This document shows, one piece after another, positions 12,418 to 24,936 of a DNA stretch of 64,000 nt. The stretch lies in contig NW_024704742.1 of NCBI RefSeq assembly GCF_018977255.1, positions 28,460,001-28,524,000 on the forward strand, in the 5' to 3' direction. The notes under the pieces were generated by a model that saw only the letters and a list, made by a program, of their open reading frames with translations, had not been told where the DNA came from and made no database searches. Both the position numbers and the translations under genes were made by a program. The first letter of the stretch is position 1; every line of letters starts with the position of its first letter. This DNA comes from Callorhinchus milii. Its lineage: Eukaryota.

Positions 12418-14577
12418 TAAAAGACTCTACCCTGATACGACCTTGATTCACACTGGGCTGAAATGTATATTCACAAAAAAGGGAAACCTTTATCTGGACT
12501 GCAGTAGAATTAGAGAATGTTATATGCGCTGTGACACGATCATCCTAATTTTACTATGTTCAGTGGTACAGAAACTTCAGTTAAAATGCGCCCTTAAAGC
12601 CTGTCCTTAAAATCCGGTTTGAGTGAACCACCTCTCCTTTCTCAACTTCTGGTCACTACTTTCTCCCTCAGGCTGTTCCAGGTTGAATTTTTTCCAGTTC
12701 CTCATGTACTTGGCGAGGAGATTAAAGATTTCATTCCCAGCCAGTGGAACAACCTTTTAACTTTTACTTTATAGTTATTTTTAGGTTGGTATCTGATGAA
12801 GAACCACCACGCCCCAGAGCCTAGTTAATGACCTTTGCGAATCTTATATGCTTAACAAGTGAGCCGTTTAATCTGGGCTGGGGTACAGCAATGCTGCCCT
12901 CGTCGTCGGATATGAGTTATATTTTAAGGTTGTATTATATAAATTGTGAGTGTGGGAAGGGTCAAGGTCACCTGCATTTGGCCACTGTTGCCATTAACTA
13001 CTTCCAACATGCTACAATTTTTTTGCAATGTAAGACTATCAAAATCATTTTTATCCTCATCCTCCTTGTACCCTTACTCCTTTGCCCATTAATGCTCCCC
13101 AGGCACGCCTTCATGTCTCTGTCCGCCATGCCCATTTTCTCTTCACTCTCTCTTGACCTGCTTCGCTCCCTTCTTCAGGTATGTCCGTCTCACCTTCTTC
13201 ATGTGGCCATGGGTCTCTCCTATCTTGACCCCAGCCTTATTACTCTCTCAAGATTTTGAATGATCTGCTGAGAACCATTAGCTGTATAAAAGCTGAGTAG
13301 AGAACTCTTCTCCATTCAGTTTGTATTGACAACTCTACTATTTTCTGCATTCGGGAAAAAATGCCCTGTAGAGAGTGCTTTTATCCCCTCCCTGGCTGGA
13401 ACGTTTTGCCAGCATTTTCTTGTCTTTTTGGAAGCAACAAAAAACACTAACTCTTTGCTGAAAAAGAAACAAATGACATTGGCAAAATTCATTTCTGTAC
13501 GGCCTTGAATTTGTGCTTTCTGTTCAGCCGGACACTTGAAATATTCTTGTGTTCAATTCTTTAGGGTCTGGTACGTGACAAACAAGGCCATTACTCTCTT
13601 ATGCTGACAGCATGACTGGCCACATGCAATGCATAGTTTTAATCACTCTTGGGATATTTTTACAAAGGTGAGTGAGCATTAAGTATATTTTATATATTGC
13701 AAAAAGCAGGATGGCAACTGTTTCCACAATCTCCCCCAGCCCTATTCTCCCACTTGCATACTTTGGTTTTCTGATTCTAGTTAATTGATGAGATCAGATG
13801 GGCTAAAGGGTTTTCATCTAAACCAATCTTGTGCAATTGTTTGTTCCTCATTCCTTCCAACAATGCCATCATTATCTGTAACTCTATGCCCAAATACCAT
13901 TCTCCTGCACCTTTTCACCCTGCCCTCAAAACCCACTTGACAACCTATCTTGTTGACCAAGCCTTTGTTCAACACACTTAATTTTTCCTCCATGCCTCTG
14001 GGTGTTCCCCATCTCCGTGAATCACTTCAAGGTGAACGGTGCTTTATTGAATGCAAGTTGTTATTGTGGTTGGTTGTAAAGTTGAGCTCATCACCACAGG
14101 GTTATGAAAGGGAAGATTGGGCAGGGTGTCTGCTTCTGGTTGTGGTCCAACAATCTCCATTAAAAGTTCACAAGTGGAGGACATGATTAGGCTTGGCTGT
14201 ATTGCAAAATTGAAGATCTTTTTGCCACTCACTGCCTAGGCTCACACGTGAACAGTTGCCATTTGAGTGAGGTACCAAAGGGTGACCAGGCCACTATCCC
14301 CAAATTCCTCCTGCTTCTATCAGTCCTCCTATCTTGCCCATCTGTACACCATTGCTATCAATGTCAAGTTGCTCATGCTCTGCCCAGGCTCACACCATTA
14401 TCTTGGAGCCGAGGGTCAGACAATCACCTGTCCATTCCCTGACATCCCTGAGCCTGCTCCATTCGCGAGCAGACAGAGTTACCACCTGTTACATTGCCAG
14501 TTACAGATGGGAAGCTGCAACCAGTCGCAGTTTGTGGAAAAAAACCTAGCCAAGTGGTAACCTTAGTGCTAAGATGG

Positions 14578-15000
14578 TAATAAATAATCCTTCATTTGGT
14601 ATAGCACTTTGCACGTCAAAGCACTTCACAGAATTTACCGTGAAGTGCAATTACTGCGTATTTTGTAGGCGAATGTGGCAGACCATTTGCGCATTAGCAG
14701 TGTTCCACAAAACGTCATGACCAATTTTATTTTGGGGATTGTTGGCCAGGATACTGAAGGAAACACCTTTCTCTTTTCAAGTTGTGCCATAGGATCTTTA
14801 ACATCCACCTGAACAGGAAGACGAGACCTCGGTTTAACGTCTCATCTGAAGAATGGCACCTGCGACAATGCAACATACCTCCAGCAATGCGTTGGAGTCT
14901 CAGCCTAGACAAAGCGAGTTCAAGTCCCAATGTGGGGTCTTGTGCCCACAACCATTTGACTCAGAGGCAGGAGTGCTACTAACTGAGCCAGTTTGATGTC
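14578..15000 (-). mobile_element. Family B SINE, near full length (tRNA head + Deu core + L2-type tail)
   Basis: Head 'gagtgctactaactgagcc', core 'tcggtttaacgtctcatctgaagaatggcacc', 'gtgccataggatcttta', 'ttggccaggatac', tail 'taatccttcatttggtatagcac'. Confidence 0.85.
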
Positions 15001-18000
15001 AGGGGACGCCAGGTTTGGATTTTAAAATCCTGCGTATGTTGCAAACAAGGGAAGATTGAGGGAAGGAAGAATTTACACAGTAGCTAGAAAAAGAAAGAGA
15101 TGGAGTGGGAAGCAGGGTGTTGAATCTTTATTAGCTGGGGTGAAGATTGGAGAAAGAGCTTGCAGAACAACATATTTTAAGCTTGGTAAAAGAAAAATTC
15201 AGAGGATATGTGTTAAAACGCTGTCACAGAACAAGAGGGTGAAAGTGAGAGAAACATAAGCTGTCAGGTGACAACTATTTTCCTGAATCCTATCCAAGAA
15301 TAGAATCACAGAATCATAGGGACAAAATCTATGTTGTACCTTAATGCATTCCTTGCCTTAATTTGAACAAGAATTATTTTAAGGAATACCCACAGATTTC
15401 GTAAAACTTAGATTTCACTTCATTACTGTTTGTGGGATGTTACTGTGCTCAGCTTGGCTGCAGTGTTTGCCTACAAAATATACAGTCACTTCACTTTACA
15501 GTATATCCTGTCCTGTGTAGAGCTTCAGACATATTTCCAACATGTAAAGCGCTTTATCAAACGCAAGGATAATTATTATATTTCGACTTACAATCACATT
15601 GCAAGGCTACAGGTTAGCCATATAAAGTCAATTCCTTGTATTTCTTAACCTGGCAAGGAGCTTAGCTGACTGGGAAAAGCTGGCTGTGGGAAACTGGAGT
15701 TCGGGAGCAGCACAGTGAGTAAAGACAAGTCCGTATTTAGCAAAGGAAGGGGGTTGGGGTACTAATTGAGGTACAAGAGGAATTTTACAAGTTTTCCTCA
15801 ATCTTTTCCTTGTGTAATACAGGGAAAAGGTTAAAGAATGCCACAAAAGTTACCCAATAATTTTATAACGTAGGAGACCATTGGCTGTTCCTGCTTTCTG
15901 ACAGAGCCATTTACTCAGTCTCACTCCCTGCCCTTTCCCCACACCCTGTGTGCGCACAATTGGCTGCCGTGTTTCATCCACAAAATACACTGTCATTCCA
16001 CTTTACAGTATATTCTATGAAGCACTTTGAGATGTCTCAACAACATGATGATGTGCTCTACCAAATGCAAGGATTATTATTATTTCAATCTTGTAATTAT
16101 TCTTTTTCAAAGATTTGTTATTATGGATTCTGCTTCAACCATTACCTTTTTGCCATGCTATTCCAAGTCCTCATGACCCTCTGTGTCCTAATTGCTTCTC
16201 TGACCTGCTTGTATCCTATTCTTCTGCCCATTCCCTATGCCTCACCTGCTCTTTATCCTTAAATTCCACCTGAAGACCAACCTCTTCGACTGCACGTATG
16301 GTAACCTCCCCCTCCTACTCCTTTTCTTGGTGTCCAACCCCACCACTGTACGTACAGTGCTCTGAGATGCTATCCTATATGAAGGGCACTTTAGAAATGC
16401 CAATTATTGTTGCTGACTGTATAAAGCATTCCAATAACCTTATTTAGAGAGGCATCCGGTGATGATGTTAAATGTGTGCCCTCTGGCTATCGACTCACCA
16501 AACTGTGCAAATCATTTCTCTACCAGTACATCAACAAAACCTCTTCAGTATCAGAGAGGTGCTTGAAGAGACCCCTTCCTGAATAAATTTCCAATGAAAT
16601 AAGTTGCGAAGTAGTCTTTTAACTGTTACAGTACAGTATGTATATAAATGCAATCTGTTGTTGTTTGTTTGTTTCTGGATGTAGGTTCAGCTACGAACTG
16701 ACTTGCCTAAACTCGAAAGGATTCCGTGCCAAACATGTCTATATATATATATGTGCATGCTCTTAAATGACATTCACTCGAGGGATTCTGAACGCATGCT
16801 TTTGTGCCTGTAGAAATGCATTAGTATTTTGAAATTTCTGCCAAATGTAGTGAACCTGAAGCAAATGAAGAAACACGTACCTAGACTGAGTACTCGTTTT
16901 CTCTCTCTTTTGACGTAACCACCTAATGGGGAAAAGTGTCCTTTGATCTTTTGTACAGACTTCAGTGTGTGCTGTCCTCCCCAGTCAGTTTATTTTCTTT
17001 ACAGCTATCTCACTATCAGAATTCATCACTGCTATCTGATTTACATGTTCCAAGCAATACCTGATATTATTTCCTGGTCTTCAGGGAATGGCAAAGAACT
17101 TGGTGTAGCTCTTGAACAATGATGTATTTACTTCTGTTCAGTCCAAGGGATAAGCTCAGTTCTTTTGGGGTGTTTATGTGAGTGTCTGGTTCTATTGGAA
17201 AGTTGTGAAACAGTTCCAGATCCATTTGTGTCTGTTTCTAGTTGGAAAACGTAAAGTGCGGGACAAACCATTTAGAATCCCCCTCCCCCATGGATTGTGA
17301 ATTTATTTATAGCTTGGATCTACCATTCAACTACAAAACACACAGTCACAACACTTTATAGTAAATCCTGTGAAGCTCTTTGAAATGTCCTCCTGACGTG
17401 AAAGGCGCAATAACAGTTACAAGGATTTTTATGAGTATTAATGTGGATGTGCATTAACTGGAGATACATTACACCTGGCTTCCAGCCCTGACTTGCCAAT
17501 TAAAGAATTACCAACTTCCAGGTCACTGCTGAAATCATTTCCCGCTCACTGTGGTGTAGGAAGTGCTGTGAAAGTCACTTTGTAAAAGAAATGAACAAAG
17601 TGCACATGCATGTAACATGCAAGAGTGACTAAAGCGGTGATGACTGATGACCCATTTTTTTTCCACACTTGCTTATAATACTTACAGGTATATTTTTACC
17701 CAGGCACTTGCGTTATAGTGTGGTTGCCCTGTACTTTATAAAGAATCTTTTAAAAGTTGGCATTAGGGAGTGGTTTCAATAAAATTATGCTTCAAAGCAT
17801 AGGGCCAATTTGGGACAAAATATAAAATGCCACACATCAGCCTTTCACTGCAAACGCGAAATACAGTATGAAATGCGGAATATATTTGACTCAGTATTTA
17901 ACGGAAGCTAAAACAATTTATCTACATAATTAATGTAATGTATCTCATACATTATTGAAACATCTGAAGTCACACATTTAGAACAGATGATCAAGTTAAT

Positions 18001-18340
18001 TGTTTTAATAAACCTCAGGCATGAGATCCAAATAAGTTACTTTGAAAAATTATTTAAATTAATTGATGATATGTTAGTTGCTTTAATCACAGTTGTATGA
18101 TTTTAGTCAAATTAATAAGAATTATGATCCTTACATTTCTGTAATGAGGAAGAGCGCTCTCTTTTGAATTCAATTGCATTTTGAGCTTACCTACTGTTCC
18201 AACATGCTTGCTGCACCTCCCACGGTCTGCACATAACCATGACAGACTGCTTACCCGTAGTGCAAAGCAAACCCATTTGAGAGTGAATGTGCTACTGCTT
18301 TGCACCATTGTAAACAAAAATAAATAATAATAATCATAAT

Positions 18341-18692
18341 GGAGTCCTGTAGTGTATTGTTTAGAGCACTCGCCTCGCAAGGTAGCGGACTCAGGTTTGA
18401 TTCCTGGGAGGGGTAAAGTCTTACTTACTCCACGCGCCTCTATTTACCTAGCAGTAGGTAGGAACCTGGATGTTATTTGACTGGCAGATCGCTTTCCAGG
18501 GGTAACAATCCCTTAAAAAAAAATGTGGTCACTCAATCCCAGACTAATTGTGGGACACTGCTGTGTGGAATTCGCTGCCAAGTTTCACCCACAAAATATA
18601 CAGTCAATTCACTTTACAGTACATTCTGTGAAGCACTTTAAGACGTCTCAATGACATGATACAACGTTATATCAAATGCAAGTATTATTATC
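18341..18692 (+). mobile_element. SINE family A, long form
   Basis: 'ggagtcctgtag...ttagagcactcgcctcgcaag' head, 'tttacctagcagtag' block, Deu-like core, 'atcaaatgcaagtattatta' tail. Confidence 0.9.
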
Positions 18693-18721
18693 ATAATCGT
18701 CATCTTGCATTGTTATACTGT

Positions 18722-19091
18722 GGAGTCCTGTAGTTTAGTGATTAGAGTTCACCTCGCAAGTGGGATCGATTCCCGGCAGGGCGAAACATTAGGCAAGTTT
18801 CCTTACTCCACACACCTCTGTTTACCTAGCAGTAAGTAGGAAGCCGGTTGTTAGTCAATTGGCAGATCACTTTTCCATGGGTAATAATCCTTTAAAAAAG
18901 ACACAACAAAAATAAATAATAAAAATTTGATCACTCAATCCACGACTGTTTGTGGGACACTGCTGTGCGCAATTGGCTGCTGTGTTTCACATTCAAAATA
19001 TACAGTCAGTTCACTTTACAGTATATTCTGTGATGCGCTTTGAGATGACTCGTAGACGTGATAAGGCTCTACATCAAATGCAAGGATTATT
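18722..19091 (+). mobile_element. SINE family A, long form
   Basis: Same modules as the preceding copy, starting about 30 bp after its tail. Confidence 0.9.
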
Positions 19092-19099
19092 TCTATTAA

Positions 19100-19395
19100 T
19101 ATTATAATGTCTTTCACATCAGTAGGGCGACCCAAAGTGCGTTGCAGGATTTGCTGTAAAATGGTAGTGCCTGTGTATTTGTAAGTGAACACGGCAGTAC
19201 TTTTGTGCACAGCTATCTCACAAACAGCCATGAAATGCATGACCAGTTTTATCTGGGGGACTGTTGGCCAGGACACTGGGAGAAACTCCCTTCTCTTTTT
19301 GAATCAGGTCATAAGATCTTCAATCATCATGGAGTCCTGTAATGGGGCAGACAGGGACTCACATTAACATCTCATCTGAAGGGTGGCACTTTTAA
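19100..19395 (-). mobile_element. Family B SINE, 5'-truncated
   Basis: 'aaacagccatgaa...ttggccaggacactgggagaaactcccttctc...ttaacatctcatctgaagggtggcac'. Confidence 0.8.
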
Positions 19396-21679
19396 CCTCA
19401 AACACTGTGAATTGGTGGTCCACAAAGGGTGTTGTGGTGTAAATGTTATAGTGGGGATGGTTGGGGCAACGAGGGTGAAAAAGTGCAGTCTACAGGACAG
19501 TGGTGAGTTAATACCAAATATTCAGTTTTAAAACTCCAGGTATTAAGTATTCCCATGTTCTGTGTTCACACAAGCTCTGCCAAACATAAAAAATATTCCA
19601 GTTCATGTTACAGATTGAATCGAGATTTGTTTCTTCAGAGATGGCTGTGGGTAGAGGTGATTCTGGTAAATCTGTTCAGTTCAGAACAGGGTTTCAGATT
19701 GCTTGGCGATTGGCCTGAGAAATAGATGCAACCAGATAATGCCTGTAGGCACAACTGTTCACTGCTTGAAGCACTCCGAAACGCTATCCTACATGAAGGG
19801 TGCTATACAAATGCAAGTTGTTGTTGTTGTAGCCACAACTGGTCACCTCCTGTGCCCACAACCGGTTACTGCCCACACCCACAATTGGTCAATGACTGCA
19901 CCCAGAAGTGGTTGATAAACACAGGTGAAACAACAACCACAATACCTTGCATGTATATAAAGCCCTTCACAGGCCAGGTAGCAGGAAACAGGCTAATAGA
20001 CCCAACGATAACCTACTAAAAGGAAAATAATGCCAAACCCAATTCTGGGGCGAAGCTGCAGCCACACAGCACCTGTTTCACCCAAGGTTGATCAGTCAGT
20101 GTTGCTTTTATCAAATTCGTCATGCTTTGTTACTTGACATTTAAATAGATATGGTCCTGCCACAACATGGCCAGATTACCAAATAAGGGAACTTGATGAG
20201 TCATTACATTTTTAAAGCTTTTAGCTGTCGACTGGTAATCATCAGAATGTCTCAAATCTGTTTCTGCTGCCTTATAATGGAACACCTCATCTCACTCTTA
20301 ATCTTGGTGACAATCCGTTAAGTTACAACATTCCAGCCTTCACTAATTTTAACCACAGCGTAGATGTGAGTACATAGGGCCAGAAATGTTGGGGGATAAC
20401 TCCATAAAGGATAAATCATCTGTGTTCAGTGCAACGCAGAGCATTCCTACCTCTCAGAAAGCAGAGGTCAAATCTGCAGGCACAAAAAGAAGGAAAGTGT
20501 ACAATTAGACCGGTTAAAAGGTCACATTAAGGGCCATTAAGAGGAATTCTCGTTGCATTAACCCGCTGAGAAAGTCAAATCAAAGTTGTTTAATTCCAGG
20601 TCAGACCTGATGCTAATGAACTTAATGAAGGGGAAGCTTTTGAATGCTGCCACAGCATTACGAGAACTAACTAATGCAAAAAGGTTGACCACACACACAC
20701 ACACACCAAAACAAAATCATGTTTCATCCCATACCCCCGCCTTCAGAAGTCTTGTCATGGACGTTTTGAATTATATACAGTTTTACGAGCTTGTTAGCTG
20801 CTTTTTAAGCGTGAAATACTCATCATTGCAGGTGATATATTTTTGTTAACACTAACAAAATCAGGTTTCTCACAAACAGTATTTAGGAATGCCAATGTTA
20901 AGGGTGCGACATCTCAGCACAGAACTACTTCTGCTGAAACATTGTCCCGTCTAAACTGATCCAACCGCAATGCAATTTCAGCTTTTCTGTTTTTAATTTG
21001 ATTCGTAATGAGTCGCCTCATCCATCAGACCTTCAATGCTAATTTCACTCGGTCTTTTTTCCTCTCTTTCCATCCATAAAATTCCCTTTCCATGTTTTCA
21101 ACCTTAATTTTATTCAGTAATAATTTATGGTTCTTTCTGATCTTTCATTTCCTCCTATTATCAGAATACGTTGTCATCTCACACACACACACACAGAGCC
21201 AAACACACACTGTCTGTTCTTCCTTTTGTTTCTTGCATGATCAGAATAGGATAATGAGATTGCCTCTGTTACTCGAATATGTTATTGCACACTAACAGTT
21301 TGTGCTAGACCTTTCTCACGTTTGTCTTGCATTGAGCATTCTAGATATTTGATACTGTAATGCAGACCAAAGTCAGATAGAACTAAACGTCCGAACACAG
21401 ACATAATTTCTGGAATCAGTGCTTTATTCATACACAAAAGTTTCAACTCTGACATGTCAACGCAATGCTTCCTAACTCTTATCAGATACCAGGCATCTGG
21501 GTTTGCCATTCTCTGTGCCTCTCCCAGGGTGTGCAAGACCTTGCCTCTCCCACTGTGTTTCCACCCAGTTCAGGCACCCAGTGTTGACACATCCATGGTT
21601 TACCAGCCACTAACACACCACTTTCAACTCCCCACTGGCCCATGTGGCTGATATCACCTTTAATATTGTTGCACAAGCA

Positions 21680-21842
21680 CAAACAATCGTGGATTGAGTG
21701 ACCAAATTATAATTATATTTTAAAGATATTATTAACCCCAGAAAAGTGACCCAGCAATCGACTAACAATCAAGTTCCTACTTACTGTTAGGTAAACAGAG
21801 GTGTGTGGAGTAAGGCAACTTGCCCAGCATGTGTTTCGCCCT
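21680..21842 (-). mobile_element. SINE family A, internal fragment (long form)
   Basis: 'gtggattgagtgacc...gttcctacttactgttaggtaaacagaggtgtgtggagtaagg'. Confidence 0.8.
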
Positions 21843-22739
21843 ATATGCCCTATGAAATTGTTCCTTCTTTACTTTTTCAATTTAACTTGCACTACAATGA
21901 GTGATACCGAACTCCACACATATTTTACTTGCTTCAGTTAAAAGTACTCAACTTGTCTCATCTGGTCTGAAATTGCACATTTAAAATACATGGCATTTAA
22001 ATTTAATTCAGACACTTGGTGTCACACCAAAGCGTTTTCATTTCATGCCTGTGGTAATTTGTAGTGCAGTAGCACTGTCGAGTGACGGAGCTTTTTTAAG
22101 CTTTTATGAGTGTTGGAAACTGAACTGAGTGTTACAGAGGTGTAGGTTGGATCTCAAATGAATGGAGTGGAGCAGTTTTCACAGAAAATAGTCTGTTCCT
22201 GGCAAGGCTGGCAGCACAGTTGCAAATGTTCACTTGCGGAAGTTGCCAAGATTGTCATGAACAGCACAATGCAACAGCTGTCATGTAGCTGAGTATATGC
22301 TGCAGATGTTGGTGTAGCCAACATAAAGAACGTCCTACTTAATTTCATAATGTTTAATTTCATAAGTACCAATGTTCACCCGTTATGTCCTGGGTAAACA
22401 TGACCCACTTAAATTGAATAAGCTGTTATACAGCTTGCTTATATAACATTTCAAATTAATTCCAATAATTTTAACAGCTTAGTTAGTCACATTGTGTCTT
22501 CTGATCTAACCAGAACTGATCATGACTCCATGGTCTGAAAAACAGAACCACAAACAATGCTCTATTTTCTAAGATAAAAATGGCAAAAATGCAACAATAA
22601 ATCAATTAACAAGGTTTGGGACATGGGACTGATTCCTTCCCCATTTATTTCAACACAGAAATTCACTTCAGTGTAATGACCATAATTATATGAATGACTC
22701 CAGTCATGATATTATGCATTTGAAAGACTAGTATTACAA

Positions 22740-22916
22740 TAATAAATTTTGTCATTTTTAATCCACAACTGTTTGTGGGACACTGCTGTGCGCAATTGGC
22801 TGCCGCGTTTCGCGCACAAATATACGGTCAATTCACTTTACAGTATATTCTGTAAAGCGCTTTGAGATGTCTAGAAGACTTGAAAAGCCCTATATCAAAT
22901 GCAAGGATTATTATAT
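22740..22916 (+). mobile_element. SINE family A, 3' half
   Basis: 'gtttgtgggacactgctgtgcgcaattggctgccgcgtttcg...tatcaaatgcaaggattatta'. Confidence 0.85.
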
Positions 22917-24625
22917 TAGTATAATTACCTAATCTGTTGCCTTGAAGTACACAATCATTACATTTTGCAGCAGTTTGAGATGTTTGAATGCTATAAAGAG
23001 TCTTGGAATAAAATTCCACATAGGTCTAGATGTACTCTATTAATGTAACATTTATATATATGAATATAGTCTGAAGACCTCCCTCTTCCACTGTCACTAC
23101 AGTCACCTACCCCCATCTCGGCGTTGTGCTCTGCCACTGTCAAGCGCTCTGGGGCACTATCCTTTGTGAGGGGCACTATATAAACGCAAGTTATTGTTGT
23201 TGGTTAGCATTTCGAAGCATCCAGAATTTGTCAAGTTCTTTAAATGCAGTCGTTTATTGTGAGGCCAGTTTTCTGTGAGCTATTTTAAGTTTAACATCCA
23301 GCTGAACAGGCAGACTGGACCTCAGGCTGACATCTCATCTGCAGATAGTCCTCCAGTGTGAGAATCCTCATGATTTTCAAACATTGCAAAGACAGTATTG
23401 AAAGCAGTGTCAGAATTCAGAATCACCTCTCAGCGTCTGAGATGCATAAACCCTGAGCACAAGAAGCTGGGTGGTCTTGGCTTGGGCACCAACATGTCAA
23501 CTGCAGGGGCCCCAATCTGTGTGAGAGGTTTCAAAAAGCAACTCCAGTCAAGAAGCCAAACATTACAGAAAATCTGGTGCATTGGCCTCATTGGGGTTAA
23601 AAGAATCAATGCCCTTTTCACCCGAGTGAACTGAGCAGCTAAAGATCACATTCATCAGTATGTAGATCAGATAATTATTGGTGGGTCACAAAGTCAGATC
23701 TATAAAATACCAACTAGTGCTATAACAAGCCACATTTGAGTGACTACACATGTGAATGCACAGTTAGCTGCTTCCCACGCTAAAATTAAAAAAACGTAAT
23801 AAAAAAATGGCCAATGTCACCTCTGCTTTGCTGCATGCGCACGGGGAATGGGTTCCAATGGTATGAATTCTCACAATGGTGAAGCGTGTTAGAACTGGCT
23901 TGCACTGTAAAAGATTGCATAAAGATACAACTTATGGGATGAAATTTAGTTTTCAAACAAAATGTGAAAAAAATTCACATGAGGCGATGATTTTAAGAAA
24001 ATAAATTCAAATATAGTCCCTTATCCCACTAGATTCCTTCGAACAGGAGGGGCACCTTATTTGGCAATGTTTTGCAGACTGTGTTTATTCGGTTTCACTG
24101 GCAGACTGAAAGCAGTGTTTTGTATTTTTTTAAAAAAAGGCTGTAGTGCACAGAGATGCAATAATTAATACAGCTCTGCTGTGAGAGATAGTGCCTTGAC
24201 ATGGAAAAGTAATGAATTCATTGCCACATTTGGCGAGGATGGCAACTTATGTTTACACATATAAAAGCTCTTACTGCAAATCCGCTTCTGCGGTATGTCA
24301 GCACAACTCCAATTATATAAACCATCCTACCATCAGCATCAGAATTTGTCCTCCATGATGATTACGAACATGCACTAAAACTGACTTGAACAGAAAACAC
24401 CCTGAATATTAGCGACCACTGTATGAGTGAGGATATAACTGGTGCAGAGGGCATAAATATCTCCTCAGTGCAGCAACAGCTTCATTTACATTTACCCATT
24501 TTAGCACTCTGATGTTGATCAGTTTTATCTGAAGAAATTAAGACTTTTCAAGGGAATGTGAAGTGAATCCCTAACCTTATGTCATCACTCTCACTTCTGA
24601 GTTTAGAGGCTGTGGGTTCAACTGT

Positions 24626-24936
24626 GGAGTCCTGTAGCTCAGTGGTTAAAGCACTCGCTTTGCAAACAAGAGTCCTGAGTTCAATTCCAGGCAGGGCAAA
24701 ACCTTGGGCAAGTTTCCTTACTCCACACACCTAATGATAATCCCTCCAAAAACAAACAATAATAAATTGGTCATTTTCAATCCACGACTGTTTGTGGGAC
24801 AGTGCTGTGCGCAATTGGCTGCCGCGTTCGCCCACAAATATACAGTCAATTCACTTTACAGTATATTCTGTGAAGCGCTTTGAGATGTCTAGAAGGCGTA
24901 AAAAGCGCTATATCAAATGCAAGGATTATTATTATT
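24626..24936 (+). mobile_element. SINE family A, short form, full length
   Basis: Head ggagtcctgtagctcagtggttaaagcactcgc with B box gagttcaattcc; lacks the 'tttacctagcagtaagtagg' block; (TTA)n tail. Confidence 0.92.

Noticed and set aside
12828..13259. 143-aa hydrophobic ORF as a membrane protein
   Set aside because: The hydrophobic part comes from a pyrimidine-rich low-complexity stretch; no recognisable domain or splice structure.
24626..24700. tRNA genes at SINE heads (also 18341, 18722, 31420, 47561, 9368)
   Set aside because: A and B boxes are present, but the acceptor stems are poor and each matches or continues into a SINE family.
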